From Chlamydiota bacterium (GTDB lineage: Bacteria; Chlamydiota; Chlamydiia; Chlamydiales; JAAKFR01), in contig JABDDZ010000001.1 of NCBI GenBank assembly GCA_013287335.1, positions 3,045 to 67,044 of the forward strand: a DNA stretch of 64,000 bases, in the 5' to 3' direction. The notes beneath the pieces are model-generated. The model did not search any database, was not told where the DNA came from, and worked only from the letters and a program-made list of their open reading frames with translations. This document shows, piece after piece, positions 9,247-17,603 of this stretch (positions within the stretch are counted from its first letter, which is position 1; every line of letters begins with the position of its first letter). The position numbers were made by a program, and so were the translations under genes.

Positions 9247-9999
9247 TTATTTAATATTTTTAATGAAAAAGCCTGAATATCCGCAAGGGGAGGAACTAGT
9301 GAATTGGAATTCTAAATTAGGGGGAACTCTCCTCGTGAGGAGCATTTTTAGTAGAGGGAGAGAGCATTTTGGAGAGAGACCTTGAAGGGAGCCGGGATAA
9401 AGGCCATTTTTTGCCCCCATCTCTTTAAGTTCGGACGGTTTAATAAAGAGATTATAAAGATGCAAATTCTTGGGGGTTTTTCTAACAAACCATTCTACTC
9501 CCTTGATTATGACAAGATAGCTCAAAAAATTGCGATTGAAGGTATGGAAGAAGAAGAGTCCGTTCGGTTTAAGAACACGGCTTGATTCCTTCACAGCTCT
9601 TTCTGGATCTTCGACATGTTCTAAGAAATCCATCGAGCAGACAATATCAAAAGTGCTATTTTCAAATGGTAATTCTAAAGCATTAGCCTCTAGATAATTA
9701 ACTCTTTTAGTGGAGTCTCTTTCTTTTGCAATCTCAAGGCTTGGGAGTGAGAGATCCACTCCTGTGACTGCATGGCCTTTTTTGATAAGTTCATTGCAAA
9801 CAAGCCCTCCGCCGCATCCGACATCGAGAATTTTTAATGGGGAGGTGCCAAAATGCTCTTCGATGATCCGATTGATCCAGGGGAGGCGGGCTCTATTCTC
9901 GGCGCGAAGTAGGGCAATGGGGTGGTCGTTTCCCTCCTCATACCATCTCTTTCCAAAGTCATCGTAGCAGGCGTTATTGATCTTTACTTTTTTTTCCAT
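9247..9999 (-). CDS. Class I SAM-dependent methyltransferase, UbiG-like
   Basis: Motif I ILDVGCGGGLVCNELIKKGHAVTGVDLS, then DIVCSMDFLEHVEDPERAV and LKPNGLFFFHTFNRN. These are collinear with the UbiG/O-methyltransferase layout. Confidence 0.8.
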   Translation of the reverse strand: MEKKVKINNACYDDFGKRWYEEGNDHPIALLRAENRARLPWINRIIEEHFGTSPLKILDVGCGGGLVCNELIKKGHAVTGVDLSLPSLEIAKERDSTKRVNYLEANALELPFENSTFDIVCSMDFLEHVEDPERAVKESSRVLKPNGLFFFHTFNRNFLSYLVIIKGVEWFVRKTPKNLHLYNLFIKPSELKEMGAKNGLYPGSLQGLSPKCSLPLLKMLLTRRVPPNLEFQFTSSSPCGYSGFFIKNIK

Positions 10000-10490
10000 A
10001 GTAGATTCCAGTAGATAATTTGATAAAAAAAGAAGAGGGCCATCAGTATAAACTGTATGGTTAAAAAGGGACTAAAGAGGGGGGAAGAGTCAAACCAGGA
10101 GGTCGCCCAATTGCTAGTAGGGAGACTATTACTTTGTCCAATTTTTGCCCACATAAGGCCAGCGCTTATTAGGGCAATAGGGTGATTTACAAAAAGCAGG
10201 GCGTGGAGCCACTGTTCTGTTGCATCGCAGTGTTTATTATGCACCCACTCATCTTTTGTCACAAAAAGGGTTGAAAAGGTGGCAAGAGCTGCATATCCAA
10301 AGCATCCAAGATAGGAGTAGGGGGCTAGGATTGCATATAAAAGGCAGGCTACTACAGAGAGGGTATCGAGGGGATGGCCGATGCGTTCCCATTTTGGGAG
10401 TCCTCTTTTCAAGTGAAAGTAAAATTCATCAAAGAAAATAGCCAATCCCTGCACGAGAAAAGGGATAAATAAAATCATCGTTATTTTCAT
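9984..10490 (-). CDS. Polytopic membrane protein with conserved His/Asp/Glu clusters, function unknown
   Basis: The track ORF 9984..10520 begins at GTG. The first ATG is at 10490 (MKITMILFIPFLV...). Hydrophobic segments alternate with DEFYFH, GHPLD, KDEWVHNKH and HALLFVNH. The 3' end overlaps the methyltransferase start by 16 nt, suggesting translational coupling. Confidence 0.6.
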   Translation of the reverse strand: MKITMILFIPFLVQGLAIFFDEFYFHLKRGLPKWERIGHPLDTLSVVACLLYAILAPYSYLGCFGYAALATFSTLFVTKDEWVHNKHCDATEQWLHALLFVNHPIALISAGLMWAKIGQSNSLPTSNWATSWFDSSPLFSPFLTIQFILMALFFFYQIIYWNLLWKKK

Positions 10491-10536
10491 AATCCACCCA
10501 TTAAGTTGAAGGATTAACACTTCATAAAAAAATTAT

Positions 10537-10606
10537 CACCACAGAGCAGAGACTCAACTTTAGAATTTTTACGTCCTCATAAGCCCTGTCTGTGGTCTCT
10601 GTGGTG
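10537..10606. repeat. Inverted repeat of the CCACAGAG-type module (module A of a dispersed repeat family)
   Basis: caccacagagcagagactc (10537-10555) pairs with gtctgtggtctctgtggtg (10588-10606). The left arm plus flank nearly matches the reverse complement of 42390-42420. Confidence 0.8.
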
Positions 10607-10630
10607 CTTTTATTCATGGTTTCCATAAGT

Positions 10631-11752
10631 TTAAGTGACAGAGAGAAGGAGGCCGCAGATTGTTAGGCCCGGTCCAAAGGCCAATGAGATGATTTCTCTT
10701 CCTTTTTCTATCTTGTCATCATTTAAAATAGCTTCCCAGATATGAGGAAGCGTCGATGAGGACATATTTCCCCGCTCAAAGAAGACCTTTTTTGTTGCAG
10801 CAATTTGCTCCTCTTTTAGTTCCAACGTCTTTGCTATCTGATCAATGATTTTAGGCCCCCCGGGATGAATTGCAAAAAGAGGGGGCTGCCTAGCGCCGCA
10901 CTCTTTTTTTATCCGCAGCGCATCCAGCCGTTCGATGAATGTCTTGACAGCTCTTGTAATATAGACCGGAATCTCTTTGGAAAGAGTCATCTGAAATCCC
11001 CAATCCTTACACTCCCATCGCATCAGCTTTTCACTATTTGGAATCATCTCATCGAGAAAGGCTTCTACAAGAAATGCTCTCTCTTGTGAGGAGTTTTTGA
11101 TGCTATATTTAACAAAACCATCTGCAAAGAGTGACTCCCCGACAAGCTGCTCCGCCGTATGTAAAGAGGGGTTAAGGTGCAATGTACAGATTTCAGTATG
11201 AACAATGTCCGTTCTTGCCTCACTATTACGAGAAAAACCACATCCCATGCGGATCGCCTTAATTGCTCCCATGCATCCCATGTGATAGGCATGGGTGACG
11301 CTGGTGCTTTTTTCCCAACCGAGATTGGCAACTCTCGTTTGGGCGCCGCTGGGGCAGTTATATCCGGTGCAGGTTACATGGATCAGGTCAGCCGGCGGCT
11401 CTTCTTCTTTAGAAGGGTAGAACTCCATAAAAAGAGTATCGACAATCTGCTTGTAGACTTCAGAGCGCCTACCCATGCCATGCCCTAAAGGGAGATCTTG
11501 AAGAGGATAAAGGGTCATCTGTTCCCAATCGGTATGAGTGAAATCTGCTAGGGCAGATCCTCTTTGGCCAATATAGGAGGGTTTGCAACAGACCTTTTCG
11601 ATTGTTCGACTTATGGCCTCTCTAATCTCAGTAGACCCTTGCGCAGAAAATAGATGGGCTTTCTCAAGCCACTTAAGGCCATATTCTTGTGAGCAAATGT
11701 ATTCAGGGAGAATAGTGTGGAAGTCAGATAAGTATAAGTGGTTAGGAGCCAT
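10631..11752 (-). CDS. Type III polyketide synthase (chalcone/stilbene synthase family)
   Basis: The Cys-His-Asn triad contexts are all present: AYHMGCMGAIKAIR, FAIHPGGPKIIDQI and FFERGNMSSSTLPHIW. The 373-aa length is typical for the family. Confidence 0.85.
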   Translation of the reverse strand: MAPNHLYLSDFHTILPEYICSQEYGLKWLEKAHLFSAQGSTEIREAISRTIEKVCCKPSYIGQRGSALADFTHTDWEQMTLYPLQDLPLGHGMGRRSEVYKQIVDTLFMEFYPSKEEEPPADLIHVTCTGYNCPSGAQTRVANLGWEKSTSVTHAYHMGCMGAIKAIRMGCGFSRNSEARTDIVHTEICTLHLNPSLHTAEQLVGESLFADGFVKYSIKNSSQERAFLVEAFLDEMIPNSEKLMRWECKDWGFQMTLSKEIPVYITRAVKTFIERLDALRIKKECGARQPPLFAIHPGGPKIIDQIAKTLELKEEQIAATKKVFFERGNMSSSTLPHIWEAILNDDKIEKGREIISLAFGPGLTICGLLLSVT

Positions 11753-11794
11753 TTGTCCTTTTTAAAAAAACACCTTACTTATATGGCAGATTTT

Positions 11795-11823
11795 TTTAAA
11801 AAAGAAAAGAGTTATCAACTCTT
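11795..11823 (-). terminator. Putative Rho-independent terminator downstream of adk
   Basis: Stem aagagtt / aactctt (11807-11813 and 11817-11823), followed on the minus strand by a T-rich run (the plus strand is A-rich at 11798-11808). Confidence 0.45.
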
Positions 11824-11825
11824 GT

Positions 11826-12548
11826 TTAAAGAGCTTGATCGATAAGAGCGGTTGTCTTCTCTTTAGATGTTGCAGCATCGATTAAAAATAGGGTTCCGCG
11901 CGCACCATAGTATTCCTTAAGAGGCTCTGATTGTTTGTGATAGATGTCGAGACGGTCTTTTACAACCTGTTCGCTATCATCTTTTCTTTGGATAAGCTTC
12001 CCGCCGCAGCGATCGCACTCTCCCTCTTTTTTGGGAGGAAGCACAGTTTTATGGTAGGGGGCTGCGCATGTATTGCAGACGATGCGCCCGGCAATGCGTT
12101 CAATAATGATTGCATCACTGACTTCGAGAGAAAAAACAAGGAGCTGGACACTTTCTCCAAGATATTTGCTAAGGGCTTCAGCCTGTGGAATGGTCCTTGG
12201 AAATCCATCTAGAATATATCCATCTTTGCAGTCAGGGCGTTCAATACGGGAGAAGAGCATCTCCAGTACAATACTATCAGGAACAAGTTCTCCTTTTTCC
12301 ATGTAAGATTTAGCTTTTTGCCCAACGGGTGTATTGGCTTTAAGGTTTTCTCTAAAAAGATCACCGGTAGAGATTTGAGGCAAAGAGAGTTTCTCTACGA
12401 GATAGAGAGCCTGAGTTCCTTTCCCGGCACCCGGCGCTCCTAACATAATGATCACCTGGGGTTTAGAGATCTCTTGGGCTTCTGCCATAAGCGAGCCTGG
12501 CAGAACAAGAGGAAGAAGAGCAAGCGTTAGAAAAGAAAGGACCTTCAT
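11826..12548 (-). CDS. adk: Adenylate kinase with a Cys4 zinc lid and an N-terminal signal-peptide-like extension
   Basis: P-loop GAPGAGKGTQA; DGFPRT; lid CNTC...CDRCGG. I chose the start at ATG 12548, preceded by aaaggtg, rather than the track start at 12647. The N-terminus reads MKVLSFLTLALLPLVLPGSLMAEAQE. Confidence 0.85.
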   Translation of the reverse strand: MKVLSFLTLALLPLVLPGSLMAEAQEISKPQVIIMLGAPGAGKGTQALYLVEKLSLPQISTGDLFRENLKANTPVGQKAKSYMEKGELVPDSIVLEMLFSRIERPDCKDGYILDGFPRTIPQAEALSKYLGESVQLLVFSLEVSDAIIIERIAGRIVCNTCAAPYHKTVLPPKKEGECDRCGGKLIQRKDDSEQVVKDRLDIYHKQSEPLKEYYGARGTLFLIDAATSKEKTTALIDQAL

Positions 12549-12764
12549 ACTACACACCTTTACAAATAGGGGTGTTAATAGTACCAAACACACCTTTTTT
12601 TGAATAGACCCTAATACCAAGAGAGCTTGAACGGAGCTAAGCCGCAATCGTAGGTCTTAGGCCTACGTTAGGCGAGCCATGTAATTCGCCTCAAAATCAG
12701 GGCGTTGCACTGATTTTTTGGGTTCAGATTTCACAAAAAGTGTTACCTACGTCCTGACAGATAA

Positions 12765-13598
12765 TTATTTTGTGACGGAATTTTGGGGAGTGGAAACTGC
12801 AAACTTCAACATCTTAAGGAAGTTTTGGCAACGATTGTCTGCCAGACGTTCGGATAAAGGTTTTAGTAGAGCTATAAGCCTATCTACTTCATTAATTGTT
12901 TTAGTAGACAATGTTTTTGCTAATTCTGGCTCTTTTGTCTCCAATAATTCTGCATAGGTATGAAAAAGTGCAGCATGAGCTATTCGGAAAGTTATGTAGT
13001 CATAAAGCTGATTCAAATCAATTTTATTTAAAATTTCTTTTGCTTCCATAAGGTTGATTGCTAATGCAGTAACTTCAACATCTCCACTGATACCAGTAAT
13101 TATTTCAATTTTTTTCTCTGTTAAACTTTCTGCAATAAGCCACTTAAAAACTGTTTGCAAGCGGATGAACTCTAATACTTCAGGTTCAGGGGCGCAGCGA
13201 TCCTTTTCTTCATAGCCTGAAAAATTACAAGCTTCCATAAAAGCTTGTTGCATGAGGGCAGTTTCCTGAGTTAGGGATGTATCTAAGTCAAACTTTTTTA
13301 AAGTTTCGGGGGTGAGAGTCTTCTCTGATAACTGGGAGTAGATACAGTAACCGAACACCGCAGAAGAGATGACAAAAATAATTAGAGAGCCAATACCCCC
13401 AGAAGAGATTAACCAGGAACCAATTAGGCCGATATGAGAGAAGATCCCTCCTCCAATGACATCATAAGCAGACAAAAAAGAGATGATTCCAAGAGCTATT
13501 CCAATAGTAGCAAAAACACCTGTAAGAGCAGCAACTCCAAAAGAGAAGTATGAAGCGTGAGGAGATTTGAATACTTGTTGATAGTTATCCGTTAACAT
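12765..13598 (-). CDS. Inc-like membrane protein (N-terminal bilobed hydrophobic domain, soluble C-terminus)
   Basis: Two long hydrophobic lobes (FGVAALTGVFATIGIALGIISFL ... LIGSWLISSGGIGSLIIFVISSAVFGYCIY) are followed by ~190 hydrophilic residues. Confidence 0.6.
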   Translation of the reverse strand: MLTDNYQQVFKSPHASYFSFGVAALTGVFATIGIALGIISFLSAYDVIGGGIFSHIGLIGSWLISSGGIGSLIIFVISSAVFGYCIYSQLSEKTLTPETLKKFDLDTSLTQETALMQQAFMEACNFSGYEEKDRCAPEPEVLEFIRLQTVFKWLIAESLTEKKIEIITGISGDVEVTALAINLMEAKEILNKIDLNQLYDYITFRIAHAALFHTYAELLETKEPELAKTLSTKTINEVDRLIALLKPLSERLADNRCQNFLKMLKFAVSTPQNSVTK

Positions 13599-13749
13599 AT
13601 CTCTTTAACTTATTTGAATTTACATCTAAAAGTCTATCATTTTAAATTTTAAGTTTCCATATATTTTTCATCTATCTTGATTCAAAGAAAATTTGCTAAA
13701 TTAATCAAATTTTAACAAAAGGCTGCTAAAATTTTAACAAAAGGAGTAA

Positions 13750-14118
13750 ATGATGTCGTTCAATGACCCACTTCATCGCGATAGGCAGAGTATTGCATAT
13801 GAAATTCGGCCCCGCCTCCCGGCTCCGCAAGGGTGCTGCTGCGGCTTTTTAGGTAAGGAATGGCTCGCTTTAGGAGGTATAGCTTTTATAGGTACCGCAA
13901 TTGTAGCAATTGGTATTTTAGGGATATCTAACACAATTCCTATGGGCTTTGTTTTTAGCACTCCAACAATACCCGCTATTACCATTTCGACTGTTATTCC
14001 GGGGGGAGTTATTACAGGCCTTGGAGGATGCGTTTTTCTTATTATGCTCTATGGAGTCTGCTTTGTTTGCCAAGCTAAAGCAAATCGATCCAGGTCAATC
14101 CCTTTAGGGCACGAATAA
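13750..14118 (+). CDS. Small membrane protein, Inc-like hydrophobic core
   Basis: 122-aa ORF preceded by aaggag 6-7 nt upstream. Hydrophobic lobes are WLALGGIAFIGTAIVAIGILGI and VITGLGGCVFLIMLYGVCFVC. Confidence 0.55.
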   Translation: MMSFNDPLHRDRQSIAYEIRPRLPAPQGCCCGFLGKEWLALGGIAFIGTAIVAIGILGISNTIPMGFVFSTPTIPAITISTVIPGGVITGLGGCVFLIMLYGVCFVCQAKANRSRSIPLGHE

Positions 14119-14119
14119 A

Positions 14120-14560
14120 TTATGTCCGCTGCACAATCTTTTTCTTATCAGCAGATAAAGTACCCCCCAAAAGAAGTATAATCGCCAGAAAGGCAAGAGC
14201 TGAGAGCATCGGAAGAGTAATAAAACCCAGACCAATTTCGACTCTTTCTGAACAGCTCGGGCCCGCCCCACACATATCTATGGGATTCCATCCGGGAATC
14301 TCCTGGATGGCTATTTGATAGATAGCAAATAAAAGGCCGATGACGACAAGAGGCAGAACATAGATCCCAATCCCTCGGAACCCACGGTAGCATGCAATCC
14401 CTAAAATAAAGATAAGAGGGAAGAGACAAATTCTCTGATACCAGCAGAGATGGCAGGGTTCATGGTGGCGAATATCGCTAAAATAGAGAGATCCAACAAA
14501 AGCTATGCAGGTGATGAGCCAAGAAAAATAGAGACCATAACGGCGAAAAAAAGTTGTCAT
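14120..14560 (-). CDS. dsbB: Disulfide bond formation protein B (BdbC/DsbB family)
   Basis: Four hydrophobic segments; CHLCWYQR CxxC motif in the first loop/TM; second Cys pair CGAGPSC. The start overlaps the stop of the upstream gene (TAATG). Confidence 0.75.
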   Translation of the reverse strand: MTTFFRRYGLYFSWLITCIAFVGSLYFSDIRHHEPCHLCWYQRICLFPLIFILGIACYRGFRGIGIYVLPLVVIGLLFAIYQIAIQEIPGWNPIDMCGAGPSCSERVEIGLGFITLPMLSALAFLAIILLLGGTLSADKKKIVQRT

Positions 14561-15252
14561 TAGTTTACTCCTTTCTGCTCTAATAGTTCATTGATGAGTT
14601 TTTGGATGGCGCTGTAAGAGAGCTCTTTCACAAGAATTCCATTTACATAGACTGTTGGAGTTGAAAGTGTTCCGCCCATTATTTTCCTTCCGTAACTATT
14701 ATTCTGTTCAATTTTTACTCTGTAGGTCTCCCTTTCGATGCATTTTCTTAATTTCTGTGTATTAATAGCCGGACTTGCTGAATGAGCCATCTGGGTGAGC
14801 TTATCCAACGTGGCCCAGTCCAGATGTTCCGGAGGCTGGTGGTCATACATATAGTCAAGATAGGTAAAGAAAAGTTCATTATTTGGGTAGAGGGGGTCTG
14901 CATAATAGACGCAGAGAAGAGAGGTTGCAGCAGGCATTGATCCGGGTAAAAAGGAGACGGGAATAACTGTGTATTTGACCTTATTCGTGTCTATGAAATC
15001 TTCTTTAATTTTCGGATAGATATTGTCATTAAACTCTTTACAATTGATACATTTCGGCTCTTTAAACACAACGACTTGAACCGGCGCTTTTGGGTATCCG
15101 ATTGTTGGCTGCCCCTTTGTAGAAATGGTTATTGCCTCGGGCAATTTTTCCCCGAAAAGAGAGAGCATCATCCCCATAATCAGAACAAAAATTGCAATTG
15201 TTACCCATATCAGTGTTTTGGGAGGTCTCTCTTCAAGAACATTTCTCTGCAT
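14560..15252 (-). CDS. Membrane-anchored DsbA/BdbD-like thiol-disulfide oxidoreductase
   Basis: N-terminal TM anchor; thioredoxin-type CxxC in FKEPKCINCKEF; C-terminal TPTVYVNG cis-Pro-loop-like motif. Confidence 0.7.
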   Translation of the reverse strand: MQRNVLEERPPKTLIWVTIAIFVLIMGMMLSLFGEKLPEAITISTKGQPTIGYPKAPVQVVVFKEPKCINCKEFNDNIYPKIKEDFIDTNKVKYTVIPVSFLPGSMPAATSLLCVYYADPLYPNNELFFTYLDYMYDHQPPEHLDWATLDKLTQMAHSASPAINTQKLRKCIERETYRVKIEQNNSYGRKIMGGTLSTPTVYVNGILVKELSYSAIQKLINELLEQKGVN

Positions 15253-15337
15253 TTTATTTCCCCCACGGACTTGTATAAAATTTAAGGAATCCTATGTATT
15301 CAGTATAAACTTTATTTTAAAAAAAGGAATTAACTTT

Positions 15338-15742
15338 TTAATCAGAATCAGCGGGAGATTTTCTAAATTCTTTTTTTTCAGAAAGTTGTCTTTTGTCTTC
15401 AATGAGTTTTTTTTGTGTTTTTCGCTTTCTTCGCTGCTTTTGGCGCCGGGTCTTCTCCTCTTCCCTCTCCTTTGCTGTCTCTATTTTAAAAATTTCTTTT
15501 TCAATTCGCTCACAAAGAGCTCGTCTTGCAAAAAAACGGTTGGCTTCTCGCGACCTCTCTTGCTGGCATTTCACCTCTATTCCTGTTGGAATATGTTTAA
15601 GATAGACGCAGGAAGAAGTCTTATTGACCTTCTGCCCTCCTTTGCCACTTCCTAAAATAAATTTTTCAATGAGGTCATCCTCTTTAATATTCACCTTCTC
15701 CATCCGTTTATGGAGTTCATCAAATTTTTCTTTTGAGATCAT
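15338..15742 (-). CDS. GGQ-domain (RF-1 family) peptidyl-tRNA hydrolase, ArfB/ICT1-like ribosome rescue factor
   Basis: SGKGGQKVNKTSS GGQ motif followed by a highly basic K/R-rich tail; 134 aa. Confidence 0.7.
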   Translation of the reverse strand: MISKEKFDELHKRMEKVNIKEDDLIEKFILGSGKGGQKVNKTSSCVYLKHIPTGIEVKCQQERSREANRFFARRALCERIEKEIFKIETAKEREEEKTRRQKQRRKRKTQKKLIEDKRQLSEKKEFRKSPADSD

Positions 15743-15907
15743 TTTTCTAACTCAGGTTGCTATAATGCTTACTTTTGCAAAAACGAGAGAATTTTACGAG
15801 TCTTTGTTCCCTATTTTTTTACATCTTAAATTTCTCTTTATTCAATGAGTTCTTTATGATATATTAATGTTTAATTTAACCTATTTTTTTACATAAAGGA
15901 GAAGAAT

Positions 15908-16366
15908 ATGACACAACCAGCAAATGCACGAGGTGGTGTACCAGCACAGCTGAAAGACCCTATGGTAATCTGTGGGACGTCTTGGGGTGGATGTGTGACT
16001 TTAGCATGCACCATTGCCCTTGTTACTATCTCATCTATGGGTCTTGCAGGAACTGTTTCCATGGCAACTGTCGCCGGGACGGCAATTGGTATTGGAGGGA
16101 CTGGTTTAGTGCTTGGTCTTTTGGGGACGGGGGGAAAGCCAATAAACATCTCAGTTTATCTTCTATTCGGAGGATGTTTTAGCCTGACATTAGTAACTCT
16201 TGGTGGATTAGGATTTGGAGGAATTTTAACCCTTCATCAATTGAGTCTTGGTGTTCTAATCACTGCGGTCATACCAACTGCTGTTGGTATCCCAATTGCT
16301 TCTTGTTGTGTTTGTTGTATCGGTTCTTCTGCATTGGGAGCATTTGGAGTTGCCACTGCGTCTTAG
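15908..16366 (+). CDS. Glycine-rich polytopic small membrane protein
   Basis: 152-aa ORF preceded by aaggag. It is almost entirely G/A/V/L/T hydrophobic segments with a C-terminal CCVCC cluster. Confidence 0.55.
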   Translation: MTQPANARGGVPAQLKDPMVICGTSWGGCVTLACTIALVTISSMGLAGTVSMATVAGTAIGIGGTGLVLGLLGTGGKPINISVYLLFGGCFSLTLVTLGGLGFGGILTLHQLSLGVLITAVIPTAVGIPIASCCVCCIGSSALGAFGVATAS

Positions 16367-16514
16367 TAGTAGATTTACTAATAAGGGGAGGCAAGCGCTT
16401 GCTTGATTGCTTCGAAAACCTCTCTTGCTGAGATTGTGTGAATTGCTGCAAGGGGCGGTCTATAAAGGTTATAGAATGCTTGTTGTTAAAATAAGGTCGC
16501 CAATATGCGCCCCA

Positions 16515-17603
16515 TTACAAATAAGAATATTCATACTTTTCGAGAAGAGGATGGTAGGCTCTTATGATTTCCTCTCTCTCCTTTTCTCTTTCTAAATAAA
16601 AATGGAGCTTTTCTTCAAGGGCATAAAAATCTCCTTCGGGGTAGAAACAGGGAGAATCTTTGCCTAGCATCTCCTCTAAAAAAGGATTTTTGGGTGTTAG
16701 AAAAAGGGATCCGGCGTTTATTGCAGGCAGTATCCAGGGATCGGCGCCATCCTTTGAGAAGGGTTTAGGGCGTATCAGGATTTTAGCACGCTTTAGCACT
16801 TCGAAATGGAGCGAATAGGGAAGGAGGTCATGCAAAAAAATGGTTCCTCTATTTTGAAGGCGTGTCAGCCAGCAGTTGCCAATATGTTCTCCAAAAAGAT
16901 GGAAATGGACATTGGGGATCGACTCTATCAAATCAAGAGTTGGTTGGATGGGGAGGGCCTCTTCTAGAGCTGTCAGCCAATGATCAATGCCTCCAGTTGG
17001 GTTCGAAAGGGGAGAGTGTTTTAATGCATCGATTAAAGATTCAAGTGTCGAGGCGGGCGGTGGATTTTCGAGAAATCCTCTTAAAAACTCCGCTTCTTGC
17101 CTCGAAAAAATCCTTTCCCAAGTTTTAAATAGGTCACCCTTTTCGACGAGGTCATTGAATAAAACAGCATCATAAGGACGCTTTGCATCCCTATCTATTG
17201 AGGAGTTTCTCCAAAGAGGGGGAGAGGGGGCAAAGTGGACCTGAGTTGACCCTTTGCTTTGAAGATAGGAGACAGTTGCTCGGCAGGGGAGGTAAATTTG
17301 GTTTAAAGGATTTTTAAGAGAAGAGAACCCTCCTCCTATATGCCCCTCTTTAATAAGAATATGCGGGAGCCTTGCGTTAGCGCTAAAGAAATGAAATGCG
17401 GGAAAAAGATTTGTAAAAGAGAGAGTTGCGCAAGGGGGATTCACCAAGAGATCTTGAAAATAGGTCCCAATATTCCCCTCATCGAGTGCAATAATCTGAG
17501 AAGTAATATCGGTTTCCCCTAGGGCTTGGTGAAGATCGCGGGCAGCCGCTGCCTCAAAGGAATAGCTATGGCTCCCTGATTTTAAGATATCAATGCGTCT
17601 CAT
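16515..17603 (-). CDS. Hypothetical protein, possibly a GT-B/CgeB-like glycosyltransferase
   Basis: The C-terminal half (ADPWILPAINAGSLFLTPKNPFLEEMLG...FYALEEKLHFYLEREKEREEI) resembles the C-lobe of GT-B glycosyltransferases. There is a 4-nt ATGA overlap with the upstream TagF-like gene. Confidence 0.35.
   Translation of the reverse strand: MRRIDILKSGSHSYSFEAAAARDLHQALGETDITSQIIALDEGNIGTYFQDLLVNPPCATLSFTNLFPAFHFFSANARLPHILIKEGHIGGGFSSLKNPLNQIYLPCRATVSYLQSKGSTQVHFAPSPPLWRNSSIDRDAKRPYDAVLFNDLVEKGDLFKTWERIFSRQEAEFLRGFLENPPPASTLESLIDALKHSPLSNPTGGIDHWLTALEEALPIQPTLDLIESIPNVHFHLFGEHIGNCWLTRLQNRGTIFLHDLLPYSLHFEVLKRAKILIRPKPFSKDGADPWILPAINAGSLFLTPKNPFLEEMLGKDSPCFYPEGDFYALEEKLHFYLEREKEREEIIRAYHPLLEKYEYSYL

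Noticed and set aside
12549-12647. A further 33-codon N-terminal extension of adk as drawn in the track (MRLSSVQALLVLGS...).
   Set aside because: It has no RBS, whereas the internal ATG at 12548 has aaaggtg upstream and yields a classical signal-peptide-like N-terminus.
12648-12764. Cluster of small hairpins (cgtagg…cctacg, ggcga…tcgcc, aaaatcag…ctgatttt) considered as a tRNA or small RNA gene.
   Set aside because: There is no cloverleaf, no T-loop GTTCRANYC box and no anticodon-arm geometry. The most economical reading is a terminator or spacer between the Inc-like gene and the adk promoter.
14148-14429. 93-aa ORF in a second minus-strand frame within dsbB.
   Set aside because: The dsbB frame carries the CxxC motif and four TM segments, while the alternative frame has no features.
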